From a virus, in IMG/VR virus record IMGVR_UViG_3300012642_000011, positions 96,001-160,000 of that record: DNA of 64,000 bases; one strand, written 5' to 3'. Positions 30,730-39,658 of the stretch are shown here, piece after piece (the stretch's first letter is position 1; each line of letters starts with the position of its first letter). Below the pieces are notes generated by a model. That model saw only the letters and a list, made by a program, of their open reading frames with translations. It ran no database searches and had not been told where the DNA came from. The position numbers were made by a program, and so were the translations under genes.

Positions 30730-30810
30730 GCTGGTATGCCAGAGGTCTGGCACCCGGTCTGTAAAACCGGCGTCATAGCGACAAAGTGGGTTCGATACCC
30801 TCTGCCAGCA
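30730..30810 (+). tRNA. tRNA-Tyr (GTA), class II
   Basis: Acceptor gctggta/tgccagc. Anticodon stem ccggt/accgg, loop ctGTAaa. Long variable arm cgtcatagcgacaaa. T-loop ttcgata. Confidence 0.75.
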
Positions 30811-30842
30811 CTGTGCTGACAAAGCACACATCCACAGGATGA

Positions 30843-30908
30843 TCTTCTCTCTTAGATCACTGACAACAAATGGCAAGGTGGCCTGTGATCTGTAACGGGA
30901 AGAGAGAA
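30843..30908 (+). ncRNA. long imperfect hairpin, possible small RNA or processing signal (function unknown)
   Basis: ttctctctt-agatcac ... gtgatct-gtaacggg-aagagagaa nested inverted repeats between tRNA genes. No T-arm. Confidence 0.3.
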
Positions 30909-30989
30909 TTGCCACCATGAGGCTAGTCATGGCGTCTTTTGATGCAAGACGGTCCCGAGGAAACAGGGTGTCTGCTGTAACGCATCATA

Positions 30990-31062
30990 TGCCTCTTTAC
31001 TCCAATGGTAGAGAGAATCGGTTCAGATCCGATACAGTCTGGGTTCGACTCCCAGAAGAGGC
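30990..31062 (+). tRNA. class-I tRNA with anticodon CAG (reads CUG; Leu-decoding anticodon on a short-variable-arm scaffold)
   Basis: Acceptor gcctctt/aagaggc (perfect), 8-9 ta, D-arm ctcc/agag, anticodon stem atcgg/ccgat, loop ttCAGat, variable acagt, T-arm ctggg-ttcgact-cccag, discriminator A. Confidence 0.65.
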
Positions 31063-31236
31063 ACGCATGGACAAAAAGAAACGTTTGTCTCTGTATTTGT
31101 TGACACTTGATGCCAACACCAAGTTAGCGGGAGTGGTCCGTGGGATCACTCCGATGGTTCCATGTGACCTTCCACATGGCATCTTACGAAGACGAGATGA
31201 TCGCGGGGAAGCAGGTTGTTCTTGTAACGTCTTCAT

Positions 31237-31308
31237 GCCTCTCTATTCCAATGTAGAGAAACACGGCTAAGAACCGTGACAGTCTGGGTTCGACTCCCAG
31301 GAGAGGCA
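31237..31308 (+). tRNA. class-I tRNA with anticodon AAG (reads CUU; paralog of the CAG tRNA)
   Basis: Acceptor gcctctc/gagaggc (perfect), anticodon stem cacgg/ccgtg, loop ctAAGaa, variable acagt. T-arm identical to the CAG tRNA. Discriminator A. Confidence 0.65.
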
Positions 31309-31380
31309 CGGAAACATCAGTATGCCATGCTTCTACTATTGATAATATGCGTACAGTACTTTAAATCAAAGGAGCATATT

Positions 31381-31563
31381 ATGGTAGCAGATATCCAAGG
31401 ATGGCAACTGACATTTCTAGTTCTCGTTATTATCGTCAGCATCCTCCTTTTTGCTGGACTCCTTCTCATTATTAGGGGAATGAATCTTGGCAAGTCAGGG
31501 AGAAGATTCAGATCAGGGATGAATAATGAGACAACGCAGAAAACGGAGATGGACTCTCAGTAA
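31381..31563 (+). CDS. small membrane protein (60 aa)
   Basis: AAGGAG SD 8 nt upstream. MVADIQGWQLTFLVLVIIVSILLFAGLLLII... The longer track ORF start overlaps the upstream tRNA and is unlikely. Confidence 0.45.
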   Translation: MVADIQGWQLTFLVLVIIVSILLFAGLLLIIRGMNLGKSGRRFRSGMNNETTQKTEMDSQ

Positions 31564-31630
31564 CCATCAACGTCCGCTGATAAGCCTGATCGCGTTGTAG
31601 AGCACATGATAACACATGGTCGCTTTACAA

Positions 31631-31703
31631 GCCTCCATAGCTCAGTGGATAGAGCGTCTGACTTCGGATCAGAGGGCCGTGGGTTCAAATCCTACTGGGG
31701 GCA
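31631..31703 (+). tRNA. tRNA-Arg (TCG)
   Basis: Acceptor gcctcca/tgggggc. Anticodon stem tctga/tcaga, loop ctTCGga. T-arm gtggg-ttcaaat-cctac. Confidence 0.8.
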
Positions 31704-32026
31704 CGATCTTGGTCAATCCAAGATTTGACTGACCATCACAAAAGTTTCTTTATCATTGCGGATTATCTACCCGCCAAAGAGAAAAGAAACAGAAATGTTG
31801 GATCAGATCAAGGAATAGTTATCTCAATTCTTGGATCTTCACCTGAAGAGATGAGAGATAAGAATACTGTGAGAACAAGCCGTTCTCATAGCATGGTGTG
31901 TGAGATGGATGCTGGTTAGCCATGTCAGGTTGTGACCCTGATGACGAATGTCTGCGCGGGTTCAATCCCCGTCACGCACCCGAGGAGCACTTTCACGTGT
32001 TCGAAGCATACATTAGTATGCTTATG

Positions 32027-32100
32027 GTCCATTGGAGTAGTTGGTTATCTCGCATGGTTCTCAGCCATGAGGTCACGGGTTCGAATCCCGTATGGACTAC
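32027..32100 (+). tRNA. tRNA-Glu (CTC), copy 1
   Basis: Acceptor ggtccat/atggact (G1·U72 as in the other Glu tRNAs here). Anticodon stem catgg/ccatg, loop ttCTCag. T-arm acggg-ttcgaat-cccgt. Confidence 0.7.
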
Positions 32101-32102
32101 GG

Positions 32103-32176
32103 TGATTGTACTTTAATTGGTTAAATGCCTTGACTGTGAATCAAGGAGATGTGGGTTCGAGTCCCATCAATCACAC
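32103..32176 (+). tRNA. tRNA-His (GTG), copy 1 (G-1 present, A73)
   Basis: Acceptor gtgattg/caatcac with an extra 5' G. Anticodon stem cttga/tcaag, loop ctGTGaa. T-arm gtggg-ttcgagt-cccat. Confidence 0.7.
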
Positions 32177-32376
32177 GATAGAGCGAATGGGTCGCTACCG
32201 GACGCTTGAAAAATCTATTTAGATTTTTTGTTGGGAATCCCCAACGGTGGAAGAAACAAATGATTGACCATAATGGGTTCGATTCCCTACTGGGCGAGAG
32301 ATCGCCTGGCGTCAGGTGGTGACTTATGGTGAGACTCACTTCTCTCTTTCTTCACTGCGCTTCAAGCGCTTTCATG

Positions 32377-32462
32377 CTCGATTGGTGGAATGCAGGTAGA
32401 CACGCTGGCTTGAGGGGTCAGTTCACGTAAGTGAATACGGGTTCGAGTCCCGTATCGAGCAC
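32377..32462 (+). tRNA. tRNA-Leu (GAG), class II
   Basis: Acceptor gctcgat/atcgagc. D-arm gtgg...acac. Anticodon stem ctggc/gtcag, loop ttGAGgg. Long variable arm ttcacgtaagtgaat. T-arm acggg-ttcgagt-cccgt. Confidence 0.8.
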
Positions 32463-32547
32463 AAAGCAAACGCTTTTGACAAGACGATTTGCTTTCAAGA
32501 GATGATTGTGGTATAGTAATATTACTGCATGACATTCTTGAATATGC

Positions 32548-32630
32548 GCCGGATTGGTGGAATTGGTAGACACGCTGGTTTTAGGTACCAGTGCCCATAA
32601 GGTGTAAGGGTTCGAGTCCCTTATCCGGCA
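32548..32630 (+). tRNA. tRNA-Leu (TAG), class II
   Basis: Acceptor gccggat/atccggc. Anticodon stem ctggt/accag, loop ttTAGgt. Long variable arm. T-arm aaggg-ttcgagt-ccctt. Confidence 0.8.
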
Positions 32631-32865
32631 CTGATAACAATGAATATTGTTGTCAAAATGGTTGCTATAGAGAACAAGTTTTGATATAGTAATCATGTCT
32701 TCTTGATTATATGAATTCCGAGGTCAAGAAGATATTTCCTGCATATCGGGCTTTACTGATGATGAATCAGTAAGAGCAGAATCTGGGATAATAGAAATAT
32801 TGTCGGTAGAATGCTGCAAGTACGCTTCGGCGCGAAACGCCGTGGTGAGTACTATTCATCATTAT

Positions 32866-32939
32866 GGTCTTGTAGCTCAGTTGGTTAGAGCATCGTCCTG
32901 ATAAGACGGGGGTCGGTGGTTCAAGTCCACTCAAGACCA
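32866..32939 (+). tRNA. tRNA-Ile (GAT)
   Basis: Acceptor ggtcttg/caagacc. Anticodon stem tcgtc/gacgg, loop ctGATaa. T-loop ttcaagt. Confidence 0.8.
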
Positions 32940-32941
32940 CT

Positions 32942-33017
32942 CGCGGTGTGGGGGAGTTCGGTTGTCCCCGCTGGCCTCATAAGCCAGAGATCGTGGGTTC
33001 AAATCCCACCTCCGCAA
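32942..33017 (+). tRNA. tRNA-Met (CAT), initiator-like (C1·A72 mismatch)
   Basis: Scaffold resembles the bacterial initiator tRNA: cgcggtg..ctccgca-a, D-arm gggg/cccc, anticodon stem ctggc/gccag, loop ctCATaa, T-arm gtggg-ttcaaat-cccac. Confidence 0.7.
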
Positions 33018-33019
33018 CT

Positions 33020-33056
33020 AAAACATCATACTCATCGAGATTGATGTTTTTCTCAC
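33020..33056 (+). terminator. terminator after tRNA-Met
   Basis: aaacatcatactcatcgagattgatgttttt hairpin plus a T-run. Confidence 0.5.
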
Positions 33057-33152
33057 TTGACATCTTCGCTGATGTTTGAGAGCATTGTTCTTGTCATCAA
33101 GGGATACCTCGAAAGACAAGCATCTTGATAACTTCACAGAGATGTTTTTCAT

Positions 33153-33224
33153 GCCTCTATAGCTGAGATGGATTAGCACCTGGCTCTTAACCAGAAGAGG
33201 TAGGATCGTTACCTACTGGGGGCA
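33153..33224 (+). tRNA. tRNA-Lys (CTT)-like, copy 2, with non-canonical T-loop ATCGTTA
   Basis: Acceptor gcctcta/tgggggc. Anticodon stem cctgg/ccaga with one mismatch, loop ctCTTaa. T-arm gtagg-atcgtta-cctac (A54, T58). Confidence 0.5.
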
Positions 33225-33336
33225 CTGTAGTCATTATTGATTACTACAACGATAAATACTTTTGTAGACCAGATGAAGATGGATGAAGCAAAAAAGTGCC
33301 AAGGCACTTCATCAACCATCTACGAAAGGATACATC

Positions 33337-33765
33337 ATGATCAACAGCAACATCGATACTGTTCTCCTGAATGCTCTTCAGGGGAAGAAAATTGATCGAG
33401 TGGAATCACGAGGTCATCGCAAGAGTACCCTCGTCTTAGACGATGGTACTGAATTGGAACTCTTTGAGTCTGAGCAAGATTGTTGTGCAAGCGCGGCTGG
33501 CAAATGGGAGATCCTTGATCCCTCACAGCTAGAGGCAATGATCACAAATGTGCGACTTGCGTGTTCTTCTTGGGATGATGGGGATTCATATGGAGTAGAG
33601 GGAGTCATTACGATCCTTCACAACCAAAACCCTATCGCCCTTGCAAACCTGCACGCAGACGCTGGAAACGGCGGATATTACTATTCGATCTTAAGCCTTC
33701 GGGTGAAGATTCCGTCAGAGGATATCCGCGATTACAAAGTCATCTCTTCGAGTGACTTCTCGTAA
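33337..33765 (+). CDS. hypothetical protein
   Basis: ATG with SD aaagga. 142 aa. Confidence 0.45.
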   Translation: MINSNIDTVLLNALQGKKIDRVESRGHRKSTLVLDDGTELELFESEQDCCASAAGKWEILDPSQLEAMITNVRLACSSWDDGDSYGVEGVITILHNQNPIALANLHADAGNGGYYYSILSLRVKIPSEDIRDYKVISSSDFS

Positions 33766-33828
33766 TGTTTCCTTATTCACCCCGAGACAGATTCATGTCT
33801 CTATGACCAGAGTCATCTGGTCACCTTT

Positions 33829-33914
33829 GCCCTTGTGGTGGAATTGGAAGACACGCAAGACTAAGGATCTTGTTTCTGTAAAAGGAAGTGCGAGTTCAAG
33901 TCTCGCCAAGGGCA
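33829..33914 (+). tRNA. tRNA-Leu (AAG), class II, A at wobble position 34
   Basis: Acceptor gcccttg/caagggc (perfect). D-arm gtgg aattggaag acac (Leu-type). Anticodon stem caaga/tcttg, loop ctAAGga. Long variable arm tttctgtaaaaggaagt. T-arm gcgag-ttcaagt-ctcgc. Confidence 0.7.
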
Positions 33915-34330
33915 CTGCGCATTGTGCGCAACAACCACCTCACGTCATGGCACGAAGGTTAATTAGGCCGCCATGTGTGAAACGATTAACGGAGTATAAC
34001 CCGTTGTGGTTGCTTTCCTTCTATTCCGTAGAGGAAGAATTCTTGGCCCATAAGCCAAAAGGTTTGTCAGTATGCAAGAGGCTAAAGCACAACTTCGAGA
34101 AGAGGTCGCTCTCACGAGTTCGCATGTTCCAAGGTAGCGAGTCACTGTGAAGAGTTTGATTCTCTTTGATTCCAATGTCTCCTGTTTCTGATAGGCTTGT
34201 TCATATCTATGTCAAAGAAAATGCAATTAAAACCTTATTCAACTCCAAGAAAAGGAGCAATAATGGAGAACTTTAACAACACCTCCTGACCTTCTGTTGA
34301 CACTTTATCAACAGAAGGAGGTGAATCCTT

Positions 34331-34522
34331 ATGAAAAATACATCTACGTTCCGTTATAGCGGAAAAGATGTCACACCGTGGGAGGTTGTAGATAGAACTG
34401 GTAAAGTCCTGACCTACGAAAAGGACAAAAAGAAAAAGATTGCGCGCGGTTTTGATGGTTTTAAGACAGCCAATGAGATGGCGCGAGTACTGGGCGGTGT
34501 GGCGAGAAGGTCACGTCGTTGA
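34331..34522 (+). CDS. small basic protein (63 aa)
   Basis: Strong SD gaaggagg. K/R-rich C-terminus. Confidence 0.5.
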   Translation: MKNTSTFRYSGKDVTPWEVVDRTGKVLTYEKDKKKKIARGFDGFKTANEMARVLGGVARRSRR

Positions 34523-34826
34523 GGACGTTGTATTTTCTTCGATAGTCACTGACTAACGAAAAAAGAATTCGGAAAAATGGTCTATAGTATTAATGGCAAA
34601 ATACTCACTCTTTAGTGGGAGATCGCGGTTCGAATCCGCGTAGACCTTCGATTAATAATAACGTGAACACTGATACCATGAATTCTTATATTTCATCAAA
34701 CTATAGCGGGGACACAATTATATTATTTATGCGCCATCTTCACCCAAAGCCCCCATCTCTGATATCACGCCGTGGATTATTATGCTAATTGTTATTCCAT
34801 TTGCATCTTAATTTAGAGAAGTCAGA

Positions 34827-35648
34827 ATGGAAAAGTATCACATCACAGACAAGGGTGAAGTCAAGACCTGCACTGCACATGTGCGTAAATGCCCCATCAA
34901 TGATGCCCCTATGCACTTTTCAAACAAAGAGGATGCCTACGAACACATTGCCAACACAGTCAATAATAGTGCAATCTTGACAAAAAAGAATGAAAGCATG
35001 ATCTCTCAGAGAGACAAGAAGAAGAAAATTCAGGCTTTTGTTGAACTAAACAAAATATTGGAGAAGTCATCTCGGGGTTTTGGATACCACGTCAGCAATG
35101 ACGGTCTGGAAGAAATCAACCCTGATAAAAGGACAGAGAACACTGACTTCACCTACCTTGGAGGAGGAATGGTCAGAGATGCTTACTATCACCAGAAGAC
35201 CAATCTTGTCTATAAGGTAAATCGTTTCTTCACAGATGAAGAATCCAGAAAATTTTCGCTTCACGAGAAGAGGGCCTATGACTCCTTGAATCATGAAGAA
35301 CTATGGAAGAAGAAAGTCCGCTATGCTGACACTGACTTCATTGAAACCCCTGATGGACGAATTTTCGTTACACAGGAAGCTATTTTGGCTGAAAATCTAG
35401 GATACCATCCCACCAAGTTCAGCAGCGCCCATGATGAGATGATGTCTCATTCATCAGGAAAAATAGGTGAGATAATGGGATTCTTGAAGGACAATGGGAT
35501 CACTGATCTTCAGATGGGGAATGTGGTCTATGACAAGAATAAAGATGAGATCATTCTCATTGACTGCCTCCCTATTGAAGATGACCTGTTGAAAAAAGTT
35601 CGAAAAGAGAATGACAAGGCGTGGGAGGATTCAGGAATGGATTATTGA
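34827..35648 (+). CDS. protein with the shared N-terminal His/Cys motif (family member; C-terminal domain unknown)
   Basis: N-terminus MEKYHITDKGEVKTCTAHVRKCPINDAPMHFSNKEDAYEHI matches the family consensus. Confidence 0.55.
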   Translation: MEKYHITDKGEVKTCTAHVRKCPINDAPMHFSNKEDAYEHIANTVNNSAILTKKNESMISQRDKKKKIQAFVELNKILEKSSRGFGYHVSNDGLEEINPDKRTENTDFTYLGGGMVRDAYYHQKTNLVYKVNRFFTDEESRKFSLHEKRAYDSLNHEELWKKKVRYADTDFIETPDGRIFVTQEAILAENLGYHPTKFSSAHDEMMSHSSGKIGEIMGFLKDNGITDLQMGNVVYDKNKDEIILIDCLPIEDDLLKKVRKENDKAWEDSGMDY

Positions 35649-35751
35649 TTTGATGTCACAGAACAACTCAATGATCCACCTTCAAGCAAGCGACTTGACA
35701 ACAGTGCAAGCATGGTGTAAAATAGAAGATGTCAGAAACGATATCAATAAT

Positions 35752-35836
35752 GGATGGTTGTCCGAGCGGCCTATGGAGCTGGTCTTGAAAACCAGTAGGT
35801 GTAACAGCCACGAGGGTTCAAATCCCTCACCATCCG
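35752..35836 (+). tRNA. tRNA-Ser (TGA), class II, copy 1 (CCA encoded)
   Basis: Acceptor ggatggt/accatcc, discriminator G, then cca. Anticodon stem ctggt/accag, loop ctTGAaa. Long variable arm. Confidence 0.8.
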
Positions 35837-35910
35837 CCAGAGTTGACATAGTAATCACAATATGCTATACTAACTCTACAAACAGCGACAGTTGTGAGAT
35901 TGACGCTTAT

Positions 35911-35983
35911 GCTCCCATCGTCTAGTGGCTTAGGACATCGCCCTTTCACGGCGACGACACGGGTTCGAATCCCGTTGGGAGTA
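35911..35983 (+). tRNA. tRNA-Glu (TTC)
   Basis: Glu-type scaffold gctccca tc gtct ag. Anticodon stem tcgcc/ggcga, loop ctTTCac. T-arm acggg-ttcgaat-cccgt. G1·U72. Confidence 0.8.
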
Positions 35984-36004
35984 CGATAAAAATCATCGAC
36001 ATTC

Positions 36005-36048
36005 CAACAAGACCCCTTTTTGAATTAATTCAAAAAGGGGTCTTGTTG
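36005..36048 (+). terminator. bidirectional terminator (perfect 44-nt palindrome)
   Basis: caacaagacccctttttgaatt / aattcaaaaaggggtcttgttg. Confidence 0.65.
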
Positions 36049-36176
36049 TAGAATAAAAGTGATAGGTGATAATGGACAAGATGAAAATAGTGACTCTACA
36101 ACAGTCCCACCCATTATCATGACCCCATTGACACCTCTTACTCTCGTTGTAATCAGATTGACTTTACGCTTCAGAC

Positions 36177-36692
36177 ATGATAGGTTCAAGACAGATAACT
36201 AATCAGTCAATACGAGAAAGAGGTCTAAAGATGCAGTCGAGAGTCATGGAAATCAACTTGGGTGACCACTATGGAGACGGTCACGGACGTTACGAAACCT
36301 TCAAGGTTACCATCAGTGGTGACGATGTTTCCAATGAGAAACTGAAGTCGTCCTATGACTCCATGTGCAAGAAGATGGGAGTAGATCTCGATTCCATCCT
36401 TTACACCAAGGATGAGAGTTACTACAGTACCTTCATGTCAAAGAGTAGCCTTCAGAATGCCCTTGACAATGGCTTCGATGGAGACATTGACTTCAGTGAT
36501 GATGAGGTGCCCGGAATTTATGTGGATAAGGACTCTGAGAAGAGAACAATTAGTTCCCTTGACCTTCTCATGTTCTATGTTGGCTCAGAAATTGAAAATT
36601 TCTCTTGGAACCTTCACGAAAAGGAGAAGGAGCCAGATCTTCTCAATGTCATCGGAGCCGTCTATGGGTATGAGTTCTACATGCACGTGTGA
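36177..36692 (+). CDS. hypothetical acidic protein (start may be an internal Met)
   Basis: 171-aa ORF with an acidic C-terminal half. Confidence 0.45.
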   Translation: MIGSRQITNQSIRERGLKMQSRVMEINLGDHYGDGHGRYETFKVTISGDDVSNEKLKSSYDSMCKKMGVDLDSILYTKDESYYSTFMSKSSLQNALDNGFDGDIDFSDDEVPGIYVDKDSEKRTISSLDLLMFYVGSEIENFSWNLHEKEKEPDLLNVIGAVYGYEFYMHV

Positions 36693-36933
36693 TTTTGGGC
36701 AAAATTGGCTTTTATGAGAGATCTTCAATCTACAAGGCAGATGGGGGTTATTCCTATCTCTTTGGCAGCATATTGGCATCACTAAGATGAAAAATGACAT
36801 TCCTATGATGACTAAGCATTGAGATAAAAATAGAATGTAGTCAAGAGTAATGAGGATAAAATCATTTAATTATGATATTCAGATCATCATATTAATTCAT
36901 TAAAATTCTCTTCATAAAGGATAAAGATGCTCT

Positions 36934-39648
36934 GTGTCAAGGAACCTCAAAGCCAAGAAATTTCCTCCTAAAATTAGTCGTTCTTTTCAATCGGCTCTGA
37001 AGTATGCACAAGCAAACAAAGATGTTGAGAAAGCAGTAGAGAAAGCAACCTGCAACCTTCTTGAAGAGGGATTGACAGTATATGCGGGCAACGTTGCTCA
37101 TACTCACTACCCTCACAAGACAGACGGTGTTGTCACTGTCTCCAATGGACTCTTTGGCGACATGAGTATTCTGGTGGAAGCAAAGAGGGATTCAGGAGAC
37201 CTTTCTCAGCCCAAGTCCCGCGCTGTTGTAATCGCCCAGTCTGTCTTCTACCTCAAGAGGTTCAAGGATGCAGGAGACCTGATACCGTCTGTTCTGGTCT
37301 TTGCTGACATGGATCAGGTCTTTGCTCTCCCCACCTCTTTGGTCATCAACTACCTTGACGGAGTATGGGGTGAGGTCAGTGAGGGATGGAATTGGTCTCT
37401 GTCCCCTTCTGGGGTCTCCAAGCACTCTGTGAGTCTCGTGGAGGCACTATCTACAGACTCCAACCTCAGACCCTTCGTGCGTCCCGTTGATGACTCCTTT
37501 GACGCTGAGGCTTTCATCTCCTCTGTCTATGATATGGCAAGCACAGGAGAACCCATCAAGATCCCTGTGACAGCATTGACATTGGAGAGGCTGTTCTTGA
37601 AGTTCAATCAAAACGTCTTCGGTGGCATCCTCAACGCCAAGACGCAAGGGGACACAGTATCCAATCAAGATCAGATCTCCATCTTCATCGCTTCCCTGAA
37701 GGGTTCTGACTCCACTTACCTTCACCCTAAGCAGCCCAATGTGCTGGTGCATGGAAAGAAGAGTGTGCGCTTGAATTCAGATGCTTATGAAGCCTTCTGG
37801 AATCACTATGACTCAGCATCTTATACTCTGGATGAACTCAAGGCTATCACTGAAATCGCTGACACTCTCATCAACGATGTTGACAGAAGATTCCATGGTG
37901 ACTTTTGGACTCCTGTGATCTGGGTGAATAAGGCTCATGAGATGATCACTGAATCTCTTGGTGAGGATTGGAAGGATAATTATACTGTCTGGGACCCGGC
38001 TTGTGGCTCCAAGAACTTGACTCGTGACTACTATTTCAACAACCTCTACCTCTCCACTTTGCATGAAGAAGAGTTGGAGATCTCCTCTGACTACAACCCT
38101 GAAGCCTCAGGAGAGCATACCTTCGCCTATGATTTTCTCAATGATGATGTTGATGTCATGCATGGTGAGAATGCTTACACAAGAGATCAAATGGAGGCCA
38201 TGAGTGATGAAGAATTGAGCAGGACATTCAAGATGCCTGTGTCTTTGATTCGTGATTTGTTGGCAAAGAAGCCTTTTGTGTTCATTGGCAATCCGCCGTA
38301 TGGATCGGATGGAAATATGCAATCAGTTAACGAGTCAAAAAAATCAATTGCTGATACAAAGATTAGATCACTCATGCTGAAAAATAAAAAGGGTGGTCAT
38401 GCTGCGAGGGAACTTTATACTCAATTTATCTATAGGGTTAAAATAATATCTGATAAATTCAATTACAGCCATGAAGATGAGTTCCACTTCTTCTTCTTCA
38501 ATAAGGGCTTCTTGACATCTCCTAACTTTAGCGAATTTGTTTTTGACTTAACAGCAAAGTTTCACTTTAATAGAGGTTTTATGATCAATGCTGGTGAATT
38601 TAATGGTACATCTTCCTCATGGGGAATTATTTTCTCTCATTGGTCACTATTGGGTTTGAAAAATCAAAATGTTTTTAATTTTAATGTTCTTGAAAATAAA
38701 AAAGGAATTATAAAAGATATAGGGCATTGGTCAGGAGAAATTACTGGCAAATATAATACTATATCTTCATGGCTTTCCGAGGTGGAAATTCCCAAAAATA
38801 AAACTTATGAAAATGTACCTTTGACTAAAAATGGACTAGAAAAGAATACTTCAGCAAATCTTTATTCTAAAATGTCAAATGATTGGATTGGGTATATTGC
38901 TAATCATGCAAACAACGTCCATAAATCAGATAAGTATGTAGGAATGTATTCTATGGGTGCAGGGTCTCAAGTGGGATGGTGTATCACCCCTAACAACCTT
39001 ACCCGCGCCGCAATGACCTTCTCCATCCGCCGTTCAGTCCAAGAAGATATTGCTGAACACAAACTCCTCTGGGTGCGTGATAAAGACATCTTCACTGCCC
39101 CTTCTGAGGAACTTTCTGAAGACAAAGTATTCACTGCTGACTGCATGGTGTATTCACTCTTTGATCGCCAATCCAATCAGACTTCATTGCGCAACTTTGA
39201 ATACAATGGCAATAGTTATCGTATCATCAATGAATTCTTTCCGTTCTCAAGAGACTTCATTAAAGACTTGGCTGTTCAGCACAGGAATCTGAAGGTTCAG
39301 CAAGATGTCAGTGTAGAGACCAAAGAGCGCATTGTCTACAATTGGCTGCAGGAGAACGAAGAATACTTGAGTGATGAAGCAAGGGATCTCTTGAGAATCG
39401 TGAAGAACATCTATGAAGTCTCCTTTGCTTCCCGTGCTGACTATGATCACATGCACCCACGCTACCAAGTGCAATCATGGGATGCAGGATGGATGCAAAT
39501 CAACAGAATGGTCTTTGGCAACGATAGAATCAGTGATGAGTATCTTCACCTCAAGCCTGATTTCATTGCTGCCAGAAAAGTCTTGGGCAAAAAGATTGCT
39601 CAAGCCGCCTATGATGACGGCATCATAGCGGGGATTGAAAAAACTTAG
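36934..39648 (+). CDS. Type IIG restriction-modification enzyme (N-terminal PD-(D/E)XK nuclease fused to gamma-class N6-adenine methyltransferase)
   Basis: GTG start. N-terminal GDMSILVEAKRD nuclease motif. Methyltransferase motif I VWDPACGSKNL and motif IV FIGNPPYGSD. C-terminal roughly 400 aa is a putative target-recognition domain. 904 aa. Confidence 0.7.
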   Translation: MSRNLKAKKFPPKISRSFQSALKYAQANKDVEKAVEKATCNLLEEGLTVYAGNVAHTHYPHKTDGVVTVSNGLFGDMSILVEAKRDSGDLSQPKSRAVVIAQSVFYLKRFKDAGDLIPSVLVFADMDQVFALPTSLVINYLDGVWGEVSEGWNWSLSPSGVSKHSVSLVEALSTDSNLRPFVRPVDDSFDAEAFISSVYDMASTGEPIKIPVTALTLERLFLKFNQNVFGGILNAKTQGDTVSNQDQISIFIASLKGSDSTYLHPKQPNVLVHGKKSVRLNSDAYEAFWNHYDSASYTLDELKAITEIADTLINDVDRRFHGDFWTPVIWVNKAHEMITESLGEDWKDNYTVWDPACGSKNLTRDYYFNNLYLSTLHEEELEISSDYNPEASGEHTFAYDFLNDDVDVMHGENAYTRDQMEAMSDEELSRTFKMPVSLIRDLLAKKPFVFIGNPPYGSDGNMQSVNESKKSIADTKIRSLMLKNKKGGHAARELYTQFIYRVKIISDKFNYSHEDEFHFFFFNKGFLTSPNFSEFVFDLTAKFHFNRGFMINAGEFNGTSSSWGIIFSHWSLLGLKNQNVFNFNVLENKKGIIKDIGHWSGEITGKYNTISSWLSEVEIPKNKTYENVPLTKNGLEKNTSANLYSKMSNDWIGYIANHANNVHKSDKYVGMYSMGAGSQVGWCITPNNLTRAAMTFSIRRSVQEDIAEHKLLWVRDKDIFTAPSEELSEDKVFTADCMVYSLFDRQSNQTSLRNFEYNGNSYRIINEFFPFSRDFIKDLAVQHRNLKVQQDVSVETKERIVYNWLQENEEYLSDEARDLLRIVKNIYEVSFASRADYDHMHPRYQVQSWDAGWMQINRMVFGNDRISDEYLHLKPDFIAARKVLGKKIAQAAYDDGIIAGIEKT

Positions 39649-39658
39649 GAGATTGAAA

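Noticed and set aside
32176-32376. A complete tRNA around the T-arm motif aatgggttcgattccctactgggcga
   Set aside because: No 5' acceptor complement and no D or anticodon arms could be found. It is recorded only as a structured fragment.
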